NCBI GenBank assembly: GCA_963676565.1
Contig: OY781089.1
Location: forward strand, 992,001 to 1,056,000
DNA length: 64,000 nucleotides
Direction of reading: 5' to 3'
Origin: Halarcobacter sp.
GTDB lineage: Bacteria > Campylobacterota > Campylobacteria > Campylobacterales > Arcobacteraceae
Position numbers and translations under genes: made by a program. Below, in pieces: positions 12,272-21,824 of the stretch. The first letter of the stretch is position 1, and the number at the start of each line of letters is the position of its first letter. The notes below the pieces were generated by a model that had not been told where the DNA came from, made no database searches, and saw nothing but the letters and a program-made list of their open reading frames with translations.

Positions 12272-13117
12272 TTACATTCCAAATTCTAATTTCCCAGCCA
12301 TTAAAGGAAAGATTATAAAAGCCCCTAGTGATGGAAGTACAAATATAAAAATAACTAACATTAAGTACATATTTAATGTATTTACTTTACCTTTAATTTT
12401 ATAAAACTTTTCTTGTCTCATTTCATCTGACTGTGTAGAAAATATATTTTTTACACCAATTCCAGCTTCTTCACTTAAAATTAAGAAATCAACTATTTTA
12501 CCTACGTCATCGGAATCAACTCTTTTTTTTAGATTTTCATAAGCTTTTTTAGTAGAATAGTTTGTCATTTCATATTCAAGAATTGCTACTTCTTTTAACA
12601 ATTCTTCATCTAATATTCCATGCGCTCTTGTTGAAACTGTAAAAAAAGCATTTTTTAATCCCCCTCCAGCTTCTAATATTACATTGATTAAATCTAAAAA
12701 AACACCTAAATCATTATTTATCTTTTCAACTCTTTCAGATTTTGATATGCTTATATATAGAGGACCTCCAAATAGTAAAAGAACTATTCCAACTGCAATT
12801 CCAATTATTCCTACAAGACTAAGACCAAATAGTATAGGCAAAGCTATTGATACAATTATGCCTATTAGTGCAAATACTAGTTTACCTTCATTGTATTCTT
12901 TTTTTGTAAGTCCAGCTTGAACTAGTTTAAAGTATAGATCTTTAGAGTGGTTTTCTTCTGTACCTTTATTCAACTCTTTTTGTTGATCAACAATACCAAC
13001 TGCATCAAGTTTTGATAATAATACTATTTGCTTTTTTTGACCCTTTGAATCAAATAAATACCAAACTAGTATTCCTAAAATTACTAAAATAATCGGTGAA
13101 AAATAAATTAAATCCAT
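12272..13117 (-). CDS. tadC: Tad inner-membrane platform protein TadC (T2SSF domain)
   Basis: FLDLINVILEAGGGL, SEEAGIG...QSDEMR; TM pattern; follows tadB. Confidence 0.85.
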   Translation of the reverse strand: MDLIYFSPIILVILGILVWYLFDSKGQKKQIVLLSKLDAVGIVDQQKELNKGTEENHSKDLYFKLVQAGLTKKEYNEGKLVFALIGIIVSIALPILFGLSLVGIIGIAVGIVLLLFGGPLYISISKSERVEKINNDLGVFLDLINVILEAGGGLKNAFFTVSTRAHGILDEELLKEVAILEYEMTNYSTKKAYENLKKRVDSDDVGKIVDFLILSEEAGIGVKNIFSTQSDEMRQEKFYKIKGKVNTLNMYLMLVIFIFVLPSLGAFIIFPLMAGKLEFGM

Positions 13118-13118
13118 T

Positions 13119-14051
13119 TTATCCCTTAACTTTTGTTAATAAGTTATTTACAAAAATACCAAAAGCTACCCATACAGCAATAAAGAACATTTGTACTTGC
13201 CCCTCACTAGTACCAAAGAAATGTTCATCTAGAACACCATCAAGTGAACTATCCATCATTTTATAAATAAAAATCACTAAAGCAATAATCATATAACTTC
13301 CCACTTTTATTTCTCTAGTTGAAGCTGTGATTTCTTGTTTTATTTCACCTTGGTCATGTAAAGTTTTTCTTAGTTTTTCTAAAGTATTTGAGAACTTACC
13401 ACCTGATTGTCTACCAATTGAGATTGTTAAGTAAAAGATTCTTAATTCTTTAGATTCTACAAGAGTAAACATTTTTTGGAAAGCTTTATCTTCTCCTACA
13501 ATATCTTTTTCAACAAGATATAAAGTAAACACTTCTTTTGCAAATTTAGATCTTGATGTGGCAACAGATTTTTTTAAAGCTTGCTCAAATCCAACACCAC
13601 TTTTCATCATACTAGTTACTTTATCTATTATTCCTTTTAATGCAAAGTTAAATTCTTCTAATCTGTTGTCAATCAATTTTTTTAAAACCAATAAGGGGAA
13701 AAAAGAAAATATTATAGCACTAATAGCAAATACTACAGGGTTTGTAATTACAAAGTTTATAAATATTGCTGATAAGAAACCAAAGGCTACAGAAATTATT
13801 ATAAACACAGTTTCAGAATAAGGGGATGAATAACCTGCATAAGTTAATCTTTTCCCTAACCAATTTCTTTCTTTTTTATTTAATCTTGATCTTTTTTTAC
13901 TACCTTCTAATATTTCATTATTATCTTTTGATAATTTACTAATAATTCTATTTTTTTTATTATATTCTAAAGAAAAGTTATAAATTAAAATACCTATAAG
14001 TACTAATAAAATAGGTATAATAATAATTAAAACTATTGTTAAAATATTCAC
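13119..14051 (-). CDS. tadB: Tad inner-membrane platform protein TadB (T2SSF domain)
   Basis: SMMKSGVGFEQAL, IGRQSGGKFSNTLEKL; likely GTG start at 14051, just after the tadA stop (the track start overlaps tadA). Confidence 0.85.
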   Translation of the reverse strand: MNILTIVLIIIIPILLVLIGILIYNFSLEYNKKNRIISKLSKDNNEILEGSKKRSRLNKKERNWLGKRLTYAGYSSPYSETVFIIISVAFGFLSAIFINFVITNPVVFAISAIIFSFFPLLVLKKLIDNRLEEFNFALKGIIDKVTSMMKSGVGFEQALKKSVATSRSKFAKEVFTLYLVEKDIVGEDKAFQKMFTLVESKELRIFYLTISIGRQSGGKFSNTLEKLRKTLHDQGEIKQEITASTREIKVGSYMIIALVIFIYKMMDSSLDGVLDEHFFGTSEGQVQMFFIAVWVAFGIFVNNLLTKVKG

Positions 14052-14055
14052 GTTA

Positions 14056-15660
14056 TTAGTCTCTTTGTATTTTTTGGAAATGTGGCCATTTATGGAAAAT
14101 TTGTGGATCTTGATGTAAAAAAATATCAACAAATTCATCTTTCCATCCACACATTTTATCTGGTAAATCTTTTTCCAATTCATCAATCAACATAGATTTT
14201 GGCATCTCAAACTCTTTATTAAAAATAGATATATCTATATCCACACCAAACATATTCATTTGATTGACTGTTCTTGAAGGTGTCGAGACAACTTCAAATT
14301 TACCTTTTGTTTTGGACATATCACTAGTATCTCTTTTAAATTCAAAAATATTGTTCAATGAGATTACTGAATTGTCTTCAATCCTTCTTTCAACTTCAGA
14401 GATTGTAATTACTTTTCTTGTTCCATCAGGGAACCTTACAAGTTGTAAAATCAAATCAACTGCTGAAACAATTTGAGCTCTAATAAAGTTAATATTTGCA
14501 CTAGGTCTTGCTTCCAAATACATATTTTCAATTCTTACTAATGCTTCTTTTGTATTATCGGCGTGAACTGTTGTCATAGATCCAGGGTGTCCTGTATTCA
14601 TGGCATTTAACATTACAACAATCTCGGCCCCTCTACACTCCCCAACAATAATTCTTCTAGGAGATGATCTAAGAGCTGAACGAAGTAAAAACTCTAATGG
14701 AATTGCACCTTTCCCTTCTTCATTTGCCATTCTTGCTTCATATTGTCTAATTGAGTGACATGGCATTTGAGGTTTCATCTCTTTTGTATCTTCAATTACC
14801 ATTAATTGTTCATTCTCATCAATAAATCTAGTCATAGCATTAAGAAAAGTTGTTTTACCACTTGAAGTACCACCTGAAACAATGATATTACATTTGCCCT
14901 TAGCTACTTTAAGTAAAAAGTATGCCATTTTATAATCCATTTGTCCTGAATCAATCAAAAATTCTAAAAGTAGTGGAAGGTCATTAAACTTTCTTATTGT
15001 TACGCAACTTCCGTCATTTGCTGCGATTGGAGGGATTTGTACTTCAACCCTAGAACCATCTTTTAATTTACTTGACATAATAGGATGTGCTTCATCAATT
15101 TTTCTATTATTTTCAGCAAGCATTTTATCAATTACTTTTCGTAGTTCCTCTTCGCTTCTAAAGGTAAATGGTGTTTGGACAGTTTTACCTTTGTAAATAA
15201 TATCAATATAATCTTTTGTATTTATAATTACATCATTTAAACCATCTTTTGCAATATTGAAAAGTGCAGTTATAGGGCCATATCCAATAACATTGTTTAT
15301 AATAAACTCTTTGATATCTTCTAGAATATTTTTTGGAAGTTTAGATGCTTGTTTAAAAGATAGTATAAATTCTGGTAAAACATCTTCTAGTGAATCACGT
15401 GTGATTTTCTTATCAGACTTTAGATTTATCATAAAGTTATCATTTATTTCATAAGCTAATTCTAAAAGTTTAGCATCTAAATAAATTTTTGGAAAAACAA
15501 GTTCATTATGTTTATTTCTTTTTTTTACTTGCTCAATTTTTTCTTTTGCAATGGAATTTGTACTTGGTTCTTCTACAATAGATTCTTCAGTAGAAAAAGA
15601 TTGTTTCTTTATCTCTTTTTTTTGTTCTTCATCTGCAATTAAGAGTCTTAAGTTTTTCAA
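14056..15660 (-). CDS. tadA: Tad pilus assembly ATPase (TadA/CpaF)
   Basis: GYGPI, IRKF, Walker A GGTSSGKTT, IEDTKE, IIVGECRG, AMNTGHPGSMTTVHA. Confidence 0.95.
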   Translation of the reverse strand: MKNLRLLIADEEQKKEIKKQSFSTEESIVEEPSTNSIAKEKIEQVKKRNKHNELVFPKIYLDAKLLELAYEINDNFMINLKSDKKITRDSLEDVLPEFILSFKQASKLPKNILEDIKEFIINNVIGYGPITALFNIAKDGLNDVIINTKDYIDIIYKGKTVQTPFTFRSEEELRKVIDKMLAENNRKIDEAHPIMSSKLKDGSRVEVQIPPIAANDGSCVTIRKFNDLPLLLEFLIDSGQMDYKMAYFLLKVAKGKCNIIVSGGTSSGKTTFLNAMTRFIDENEQLMVIEDTKEMKPQMPCHSIRQYEARMANEEGKGAIPLEFLLRSALRSSPRRIIVGECRGAEIVVMLNAMNTGHPGSMTTVHADNTKEALVRIENMYLEARPSANINFIRAQIVSAVDLILQLVRFPDGTRKVITISEVERRIEDNSVISLNNIFEFKRDTSDMSKTKGKFEVVSTPSRTVNQMNMFGVDIDISIFNKEFEMPKSMLIDELEKDLPDKMCGWKDEFVDIFLHQDPQIFHKWPHFQKIQRD

Positions 15661-17249
15661 TTTTTATCCTTATTTAAAAAACCAAATAGACTTTTTTGTT
15701 TTTTTATCTTTTGAACTGTATCCCCTATATATTCCTTATCTCTTAAGATACTTTCTAGGTTTGTTACAAAAATAGAATCTGATGAGATACTAGAAGCAAG
15801 TTCACAGTAGTTCCAACATTTACCTAGAGTTTGATAATCATTTGGAATTTTAAGATAATTTATTTTATCTTCTTTCGAACTTGTATTCATAATTGAATCA
15901 AAATCTGAAGAAGAGATTTCATTTAATGAATTAACTCTATTAACTATAAAAGTAACTTTTTCTTTTAATCCAGCTCTTTTCATAAGTGAATAAAATGTTT
16001 TTAGTTTACTAACATGTGGTAGTGTCATTTCTGTTAATACCCAAATCTCATTTACTAAATCATATACTGTACTTTTAAGTGAAGAAGCATCAGCTTCTCC
16101 AGTATCTATGATTATGTAATTAAATTTTTCACTAGCTTTTAGTAAATAATCTAACATTTTTTCTATAAAATTATCTTTTTCAATTAAATCTTTATCAATA
16201 TGCTTTTGAATACCATTAATTGAATAAAAGTTTTCTCGTACCTTTACTAATCCTAGTTCAAGATTTTTCTTAAGATTAAAATCTCCAAAATTAACTAAAT
16301 CGATGATTGTTTCACTAGGGATTGGATTTTGAGATAAAAAAAGATTGCTTATAGCTTTAGTTGTAGATAAATCAACATATAAAACATTTTTGTTTGGATT
16401 GTTTTTTGCAATTAAATCTGCAGCATTCATTGAAACAGTAGTTGATCCAATACCTCCTGATACTCCACTAATAGCAATGATTTTATTATCGTTTTTATTT
16501 TTATTAATAAGTTTATATTTTGTATCTAAGATTATATTTTTGATTTTTTCAGGGGAAAATTCATCAATAGAGATATAGTTTTCAATATTTAGTTTTCCAC
16601 AGGTAAGTGAGAGGTGGTGATCATTTGGGCCAACCACTATTACAAATTCATTAAAAGTTCTTAAAATATGCTCATCATCATTTATAAGTTCATTATTTTG
16701 CACTGTATAAATTATAATGTTTTTAGAATTTTTTAAATTTAGTTTATCTGAAACTTTTGCTATATCATGAATTACACTAATATCAGCGTTTAGTAAAATA
16801 TCTAAATTTGTTTCTAACTTATTAGCAAATTTAACTGTATTCTTATCTGTAACTATGAAAATATTTAATGGTGTATTTTGAGATAAAAGATCTTTTTCTA
16901 TTTCAAATATCTTTCTTAAAGCGATTTTTGATTTTTTTAGAAGCTCTCTTAAAACAGACCTATACCAAATTCTTTTGTTAAAAGTAATTTTTCCAAAAAT
17001 TACATCACCATCTTTTAGGATAATAGAATATTTATTATTTATAAAATTGATATCATCATCGATTATGTCATATCCATCAATAGTAAAACCATATACAAAA
17101 TTATTGTATTTAAAATCATATTTCATAAATGTTAGTTTTTGAATATTTGAGATTAGTACAAAAAGTTGTAGTATTTCTATTACATTTTCTCTTCTAATCT
17201 CAAGAGCACCTTGTATATTTGAATATTCTTGATACTGTTTATAATCCAT
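15657..17249 (-). CDS. TadZ/CpaE-like ParA/MinD-family localisation protein with extended N terminus
   Basis: Degenerate Walker A GVSGGIGSTT, VLYVDL, YIIIDTG, FIVNR, KIPND; directly upstream of tadA. Confidence 0.8.
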   Translation of the reverse strand: MDYKQYQEYSNIQGALEIRRENVIEILQLFVLISNIQKLTFMKYDFKYNNFVYGFTIDGYDIIDDDINFINNKYSIILKDGDVIFGKITFNKRIWYRSVLRELLKKSKIALRKIFEIEKDLLSQNTPLNIFIVTDKNTVKFANKLETNLDILLNADISVIHDIAKVSDKLNLKNSKNIIIYTVQNNELINDDEHILRTFNEFVIVVGPNDHHLSLTCGKLNIENYISIDEFSPEKIKNIILDTKYKLINKNKNDNKIIAISGVSGGIGSTTVSMNAADLIAKNNPNKNVLYVDLSTTKAISNLFLSQNPIPSETIIDLVNFGDFNLKKNLELGLVKVRENFYSINGIQKHIDKDLIEKDNFIEKMLDYLLKASEKFNYIIIDTGEADASSLKSTVYDLVNEIWVLTEMTLPHVSKLKTFYSLMKRAGLKEKVTFIVNRVNSLNEISSSDFDSIMNTSSKEDKINYLKIPNDYQTLGKCWNYCELASSISSDSIFVTNLESILRDKEYIGDTVQKIKKQKSLFGFLNKDKN

Positions 17250-17265
17250 TAATTTAAATCCTTTA

Positions 17266-19659
17266 CTATTGTTTAACTATATTAATTTCATCTATTGCAA
17301 CCCATTCATCATTCCAACTTGTATTAGGTCTAAAAGTGATTTTTAAGTTACCACTACTATCTGTAGTTCCAGAAAAATTTTTAGGAGTCCAATATCCATT
17401 TGTTTCATAGAATCCATAAGAGTAAGTATTATTCAAATAAACTTCTAATTTTTCATTACTTTCCCAACTAGTTGGTGTTGCATAGTTTAAAGATATTGAA
17501 ACATCAACATTTTTACATCCATTTCCAAAGTTATATGTTTTATAACCATAGTCATCTCTTTCGATTACATAATAGGAATTATATCTATATCCCCCTGACC
17601 AGTATTCTGAGTTAGAAGAGAAATCATCAGTTTCATTTATTGTACATTCAACATTTGCAATTATGTTTAATATAAATGAGGTATTAGTAGAATCTGTACC
17701 ATCTGTTGCTATTATATTTACTATAACTGGTGAATAGTGTTGAGTATTATCAGGAATAGTTGTACTTAATACAGCATTTGTTGTAGTATTATAGCCTAAT
17801 GAAGCAGCTGTAACAGTATAAGTAACATCATCTCCATCAGAATCAGTGCAATAAGTATCTAAATTTAAACTAAAGTTTTCAGTTTCAGTTGCCGTTTGTG
17901 TTGGAATTGTTTGACATTGAGGCGCGTTATTATTTATATTTTCTGTAACATTTATTGAAAATGATGGCAATGAAACTGAAGTAAAACCATCTGATACAGA
18001 GATTACTATACTTGTATAATTTCCAACTTGAGAATTATTTGGGGCACCTGATAATTGTCCTGTATTTGTATCAAAATTTGCCCATAAAGGTTTGTTTGAA
18101 ATTGAAAATGTTAAATTATCTCCATCTGGGTCAGAAGCAACAGGTACAAAAGAATAAATACTTCCAGCTTGTATTGTTCTCATTGGATTTCCACTAATTA
18201 CTGGTGCTTGATTAATGTTATTAACTGTAATTGTACATGTTTGAATATTGCTTGAACCTTCATTATCTCTAGCAATTATAGTAATAATATCATCACCATA
18301 AAAATCTGTATTTGGTGTATATGTAATTGAATCAGTACCAACTAAAACTGAACCATTAATTGCAGAACCTGTAATATCAGATATCCACTTATCATCAGAT
18401 GAAGTAAATGAAAAAGTTGATGTTGTATTTTCATCAATTGGAGCAGGGCAACTTAAAACTAAAGTTGGTTGAGCATTACCATTACAAGTTAAATTTATAG
18501 ACCCATCACTTAAAACACTATAAGTGTTTAATTGGTTTGGAATTACAACTCTAGTAGTGTTTAAAAAGATGTCATTAAAGTCTTCATCTCCACCACCATT
18601 TAAATCTTCCATTGCATATCTATACTCATCATTTATATCATGAATACAATCATTAACACCCTCTTTATAACTTGTTGCAGGATCATTTGTAATATCAGGA
18701 ATATTATTGAATTGATTATTATCATAATTAACTACATTACAGTGATCTATAAAATCATCATAAGTCTGTGTTCCTTGACCTGCAAAAGCACCATATCCTC
18801 CAACAAATTCATTATATGTAGTCCAAACACTTTCAGGGATAATTTGTATATGAGGATAACCATCTCCATTTAATTCATTATGCTCAAAATAAACATTGGC
18901 ATTTTCTCTTTTTACACCATTAATATTAACAGTTGGATTTCCAGATACATTATCAAAACAATATGTTCCATTACCATTTTCTCCAAATGTCATAGTATCA
19001 CCAACATTGGGTCTTGCATATCCATTTTTAAAAATATTATAACCATCTGAGATTAAAAAAACGTGAGTTGGTGGACTAGTTATTGCTGTTCCATTATTTA
19101 GAAGCGTTCCAACAAGATTATGATCATCTGAGTTTGCTAAAATTATTCTTGTGTTTGTAACACAGTTGTTTCTATCTAAATCATAAAGTCCCACCATATT
19201 TGTAAATCCAGCACTTTCTCCACCATAAGTTATTGTAACACTTCTTGGGGTATTAACTGCTTCTGTCCAAGAAAAAGGACCTACTGTAAAATCATTTTTA
19301 TCAAAAAATCTATACCAAAAGGTATCATAGGGATGTTGTGCAATAGATGCGGTAACTTGATCAGGCTCACCATCTCCATCACTATCCCACCATCTGTAAG
19401 ATACCAGTTGGTTTGATAAGGTTTCATTTCCTAATTTTTGTTGATTTAAAATTGAAGTAGTTATATTTTGTGCAGTACACATATCAATATTTGATTCATA
19501 ATATCTTGCCATAGCATTTGCAGAGCTTTTTACTAGAGCTTTCAAATCATAAATATAATTTCTTGTTGAGGTTTCATCATTTACTGTTGCAACAAAGGTT
19601 ACTATTCCCATAAGAAGTAGGAAGCCTAAAAAAAGTTGGTCTAATACTGCTTTTTTCAA
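17266..19659 (-). CDS. Large pilin-anchored adhesin (TadG-like role) with DUF4114-like and Ig/cadherin-like domains
   Basis: MKKA|VLD plus TM helix; EDLNGGGDEDFND; ITYTPNTDFYG; APVISG..SDPDGDNLTFSI..TGQLSGAP; DSDGDDVTY; TTG start with GGGGA RBS. Confidence 0.7.
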   Translation of the reverse strand: MKKAVLDQLFLGFLLLMGIVTFVATVNDETSTRNYIYDLKALVKSSANAMARYYESNIDMCTAQNITTSILNQQKLGNETLSNQLVSYRWWDSDGDGEPDQVTASIAQHPYDTFWYRFFDKNDFTVGPFSWTEAVNTPRSVTITYGGESAGFTNMVGLYDLDRNNCVTNTRIILANSDDHNLVGTLLNNGTAITSPPTHVFLISDGYNIFKNGYARPNVGDTMTFGENGNGTYCFDNVSGNPTVNINGVKRENANVYFEHNELNGDGYPHIQIIPESVWTTYNEFVGGYGAFAGQGTQTYDDFIDHCNVVNYDNNQFNNIPDITNDPATSYKEGVNDCIHDINDEYRYAMEDLNGGGDEDFNDIFLNTTRVVIPNQLNTYSVLSDGSINLTCNGNAQPTLVLSCPAPIDENTTSTFSFTSSDDKWISDITGSAINGSVLVGTDSITYTPNTDFYGDDIITIIARDNEGSSNIQTCTITVNNINQAPVISGNPMRTIQAGSIYSFVPVASDPDGDNLTFSISNKPLWANFDTNTGQLSGAPNNSQVGNYTSIVISVSDGFTSVSLPSFSINVTENINNNAPQCQTIPTQTATETENFSLNLDTYCTDSDGDDVTYTVTAASLGYNTTTNAVLSTTIPDNTQHYSPVIVNIIATDGTDSTNTSFILNIIANVECTINETDDFSSNSEYWSGGYRYNSYYVIERDDYGYKTYNFGNGCKNVDVSISLNYATPTSWESNEKLEVYLNNTYSYGFYETNGYWTPKNFSGTTDSSGNLKITFRPNTSWNDEWVAIDEINIVKQ

Positions 19660-19672
19660 AAAATCCCCTTTT

Positions 19673-20107
19673 TTAAATTTGATAAATTCCTATTTTATAG
19701 AATATTTCTGTTAAACAAACAGCTAAAAAAATAGCTGGAGCCATAGGCGCAACCTTGCGTCTTTTATATTTTTGAATAAAAATTAAAAATAGTGCTTGAC
19801 AAAGACCTGTTAAAATTAAAAATAATGGAAATAATAAAGGTTCTAAATATATAGCCACAACCATAATATATTTGATATCCCCACCACCTAAAATTTGTTT
19901 AGGCATTATTAATAATATTATAACAAAAAATATTAAAATTACAAGTGAAATAATGAATGATATGTAGTTTAGTTTATCTTCAAGCAAGCCAAAGATTAGT
20001 AGAAATAAAAATAAGGTAGCAAGTGTGATATTTGGTATTTTAAATTTAGTACAATCAGTATATGAAAGTAGTAATGAAAATATGTAAAATGATAATGTAA
20101 AAATCAT
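19673..20107 (-). CDS. A24-family prepilin peptidase (TadV/CpaA type, no methylase domain)
   Basis: TD..FKIPN and LGGGDIK catalytic Asp motifs; C-terminal PMAPAI; 144 aa hydrophobic protein. Confidence 0.9.
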   Translation of the reverse strand: MIFTLSFYIFSLLLSYTDCTKFKIPNITLATLFLFLLIFGLLEDKLNYISFIISLVILIFFVIILLIMPKQILGGGDIKYIMVVAIYLEPLLFPLFLILTGLCQALFLIFIQKYKRRKVAPMAPAIFLAVCLTEIFYKIGIYQI

Positions 20108-20111
20108 TTAA

Positions 20112-20297
20112 TTAGGTGTTAGTAATTGAAATTATTCTTGTATTAGATTCATTTTTTAAAGTTTCTTTATGCTGTGAAAACCAAGATTCTATGGCAATTA
20201 ATCCTACAATGCCAGCTATTACAAGAAGTAAAGTAACTAGGATTTTATCCATTGCACCTTTTTCTGATTTTAATCTTCTTTTTAAAAATTCTAACAT
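20112..20297 (-). CDS. Flp-like major prepilin
   Basis: 61 aa; basic leader ending SEKG, then a hydrophobic helix; first gene of the operon, next to the peptidase; GGAG RBS; lacks the canonical E5-Y6. Confidence 0.75.
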   Translation of the reverse strand: MLEFLKRRLKSEKGAMDKILVTLLLVIAGIVGLIAIESWFSQHKETLKNESNTRIISITNT

Positions 20298-20325
20298 TTA
20301 AATACTCCAACAGTGAATTTAAAAA

Positions 20326-20334
20326 ATTATAGCA
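20326..20334 (-). promoter_or_regulatory. Extended -10 (TGCTATAAT) for the flp-tad operon
   Basis: Exact TGnTATAAT, 28 nt upstream of the pilin ATG. Confidence 0.65.
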
Positions 20335-20342
20335 CAAAAAAG

Positions 20343-21824
20343 CTAAAGTTTTCTAAATATAAGCTTAGAGTTCATTATTTTATAAAATTTATACCCTGAA
20401 TCTCTAATTGATTTATCAGAAAATTTTAAGTTTGATGTCTTATTAGTATCGATTATAAAGTAATCTGGAGAATTTTTCTTTAAAAAACTATTAAAATCTT
20501 CTATAGTTATTTTTTCATTATTACTTAATAAATCAAAATAAATCTTTTTATCTTTTTGATTGTAAGTTACCCAACCTAAAGAACAACTTGGAATATAACT
20601 TCCTGTTGGATTTAAATAAGTTGACATATAACCATATGTACCAATAGAAGAGAAAAGTATCCTTTTCCCTTTATATTCATTTTCTTTTATAAATTGCATA
20701 TCTAAAAAAGTTTTTTCAAGTAAATTTGTCTCTTTTTTATAATCATCAAATGTTTTTATAAAAAATAATATTGTAATTATAATAGTTATAAAAAAATAGA
20801 ATTTTTTTGGAAAATCTAAAAAAAATGTTTTTTCTTTGAGATAGTTTTTAATTCTATCAATATAATTATTAAAGCCATTTTTTTCTATGAATTTAAAAGA
20901 AGAATAAAATAAATGAATTAAAAAGATATAAAATAGAGGTTCTAACAAATTTAAGAATCTTTGCTGAATAATAAATAATGGTATAAATAAAATTACATAT
21001 TTTAGTAAAATTTCTTTAGGTTTTAATACATAATAAATTGTTAAAGAAAAAAATACTAATAATAGCAGTAAATTTGTAGATCCAAGACTATTCTTTAACT
21101 CTAAAGGGATAATAAAAGGTTTACTTTCTCCAACACTATATGATTGTGTTAAAAAGTCATTATTTAATACAAATTGAATAATTCTTAAATAACCATCCAA
21201 ATCAAAATAAGAATAAAAAAGAAATCCAAATAATAAAGAAACTACAATTAAAATAGTTTTGTAGTAATCTTTTAATATTATAGTTACATAAGCAATAAAA
21301 CCAAAGTAAAACCAAAAAACATAATAAAATGGTGCGTAAAGTAAAGGGATTATAAATAAAATTTTTTTATTTCTTAATGTGAGAAAATATAATATAAAAA
21401 GACCACTTAATAAATCAGGTCTTAAGAAAAAATACCTAAAACTAAGTAAAGGAAGACCAATTGAAAAAATTATTGTATAAATTGTAGAAACTTCAGTAAA
21501 TCTCTTGAATGCTAAATAGTACCAAAAAGATAAAAGAGTATATACTATTGAGTTAACAAAAATTGGTACAGTAGATTTGTCCATAAAGTTTAATAAAAAT
21601 GATAAAAGATAATGCCAGGAAAACCAAGGATCAAAATCATTATATAATGAAAAAGGGTACAGTCTCTCCCATGAAACTATTTTATCTGGATAAAATGCCA
21701 TAGCTAAATGTCTCCATCCGTCATCTGGCATGGTTAATCCAAGGTTTTTAATAATCAATATTGAGCAAATTAAAAAAAGAAAAAATACTACAAAATTAAA
21801 TTTTAGTGCTTTTGGTTGATTCAT
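20343..21824 (-). CDS. Polytopic membrane protein, probable GT-C-fold glycosyltransferase
   Basis: First TM helix followed by PDDGWRH (acidic pair in the first external loop), LRPD motif, about 11-13 TM segments, soluble C-terminal domain ending PDYFIID. Confidence 0.6.
   Translation of the reverse strand: MNQPKALKFNFVVFFLFLICSILIIKNLGLTMPDDGWRHLAMAFYPDKIVSWERLYPFSLYNDFDPWFSWHYLLSFLLNFMDKSTVPIFVNSIVYTLLSFWYYLAFKRFTEVSTIYTIIFSIGLPLLSFRYFFLRPDLLSGLFILYFLTLRNKKILFIIPLLYAPFYYVFWFYFGFIAYVTIILKDYYKTILIVVSLLFGFLFYSYFDLDGYLRIIQFVLNNDFLTQSYSVGESKPFIIPLELKNSLGSTNLLLLLVFFSLTIYYVLKPKEILLKYVILFIPLFIIQQRFLNLLEPLFYIFLIHLFYSSFKFIEKNGFNNYIDRIKNYLKEKTFFLDFPKKFYFFITIIITILFFIKTFDDYKKETNLLEKTFLDMQFIKENEYKGKRILFSSIGTYGYMSTYLNPTGSYIPSCSLGWVTYNQKDKKIYFDLLSNNEKITIEDFNSFLKKNSPDYFIIDTNKTSNLKFSDKSIRDSGYKFYKIMNSKLIFRKL

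Noticed and set aside
14056..15660. VirB11/T4SS or T2SS ATPase
   Set aside because: CpaF-type motifs with TadB/TadC, CpaB and Flp neighbours indicate Tad; no virB genes present
20142..20165. N-glycosylation sequon NES in the Flp pilin
   Set aside because: Lacks the D/E at -2 required by C. jejuni-type PglB; too weak to claim
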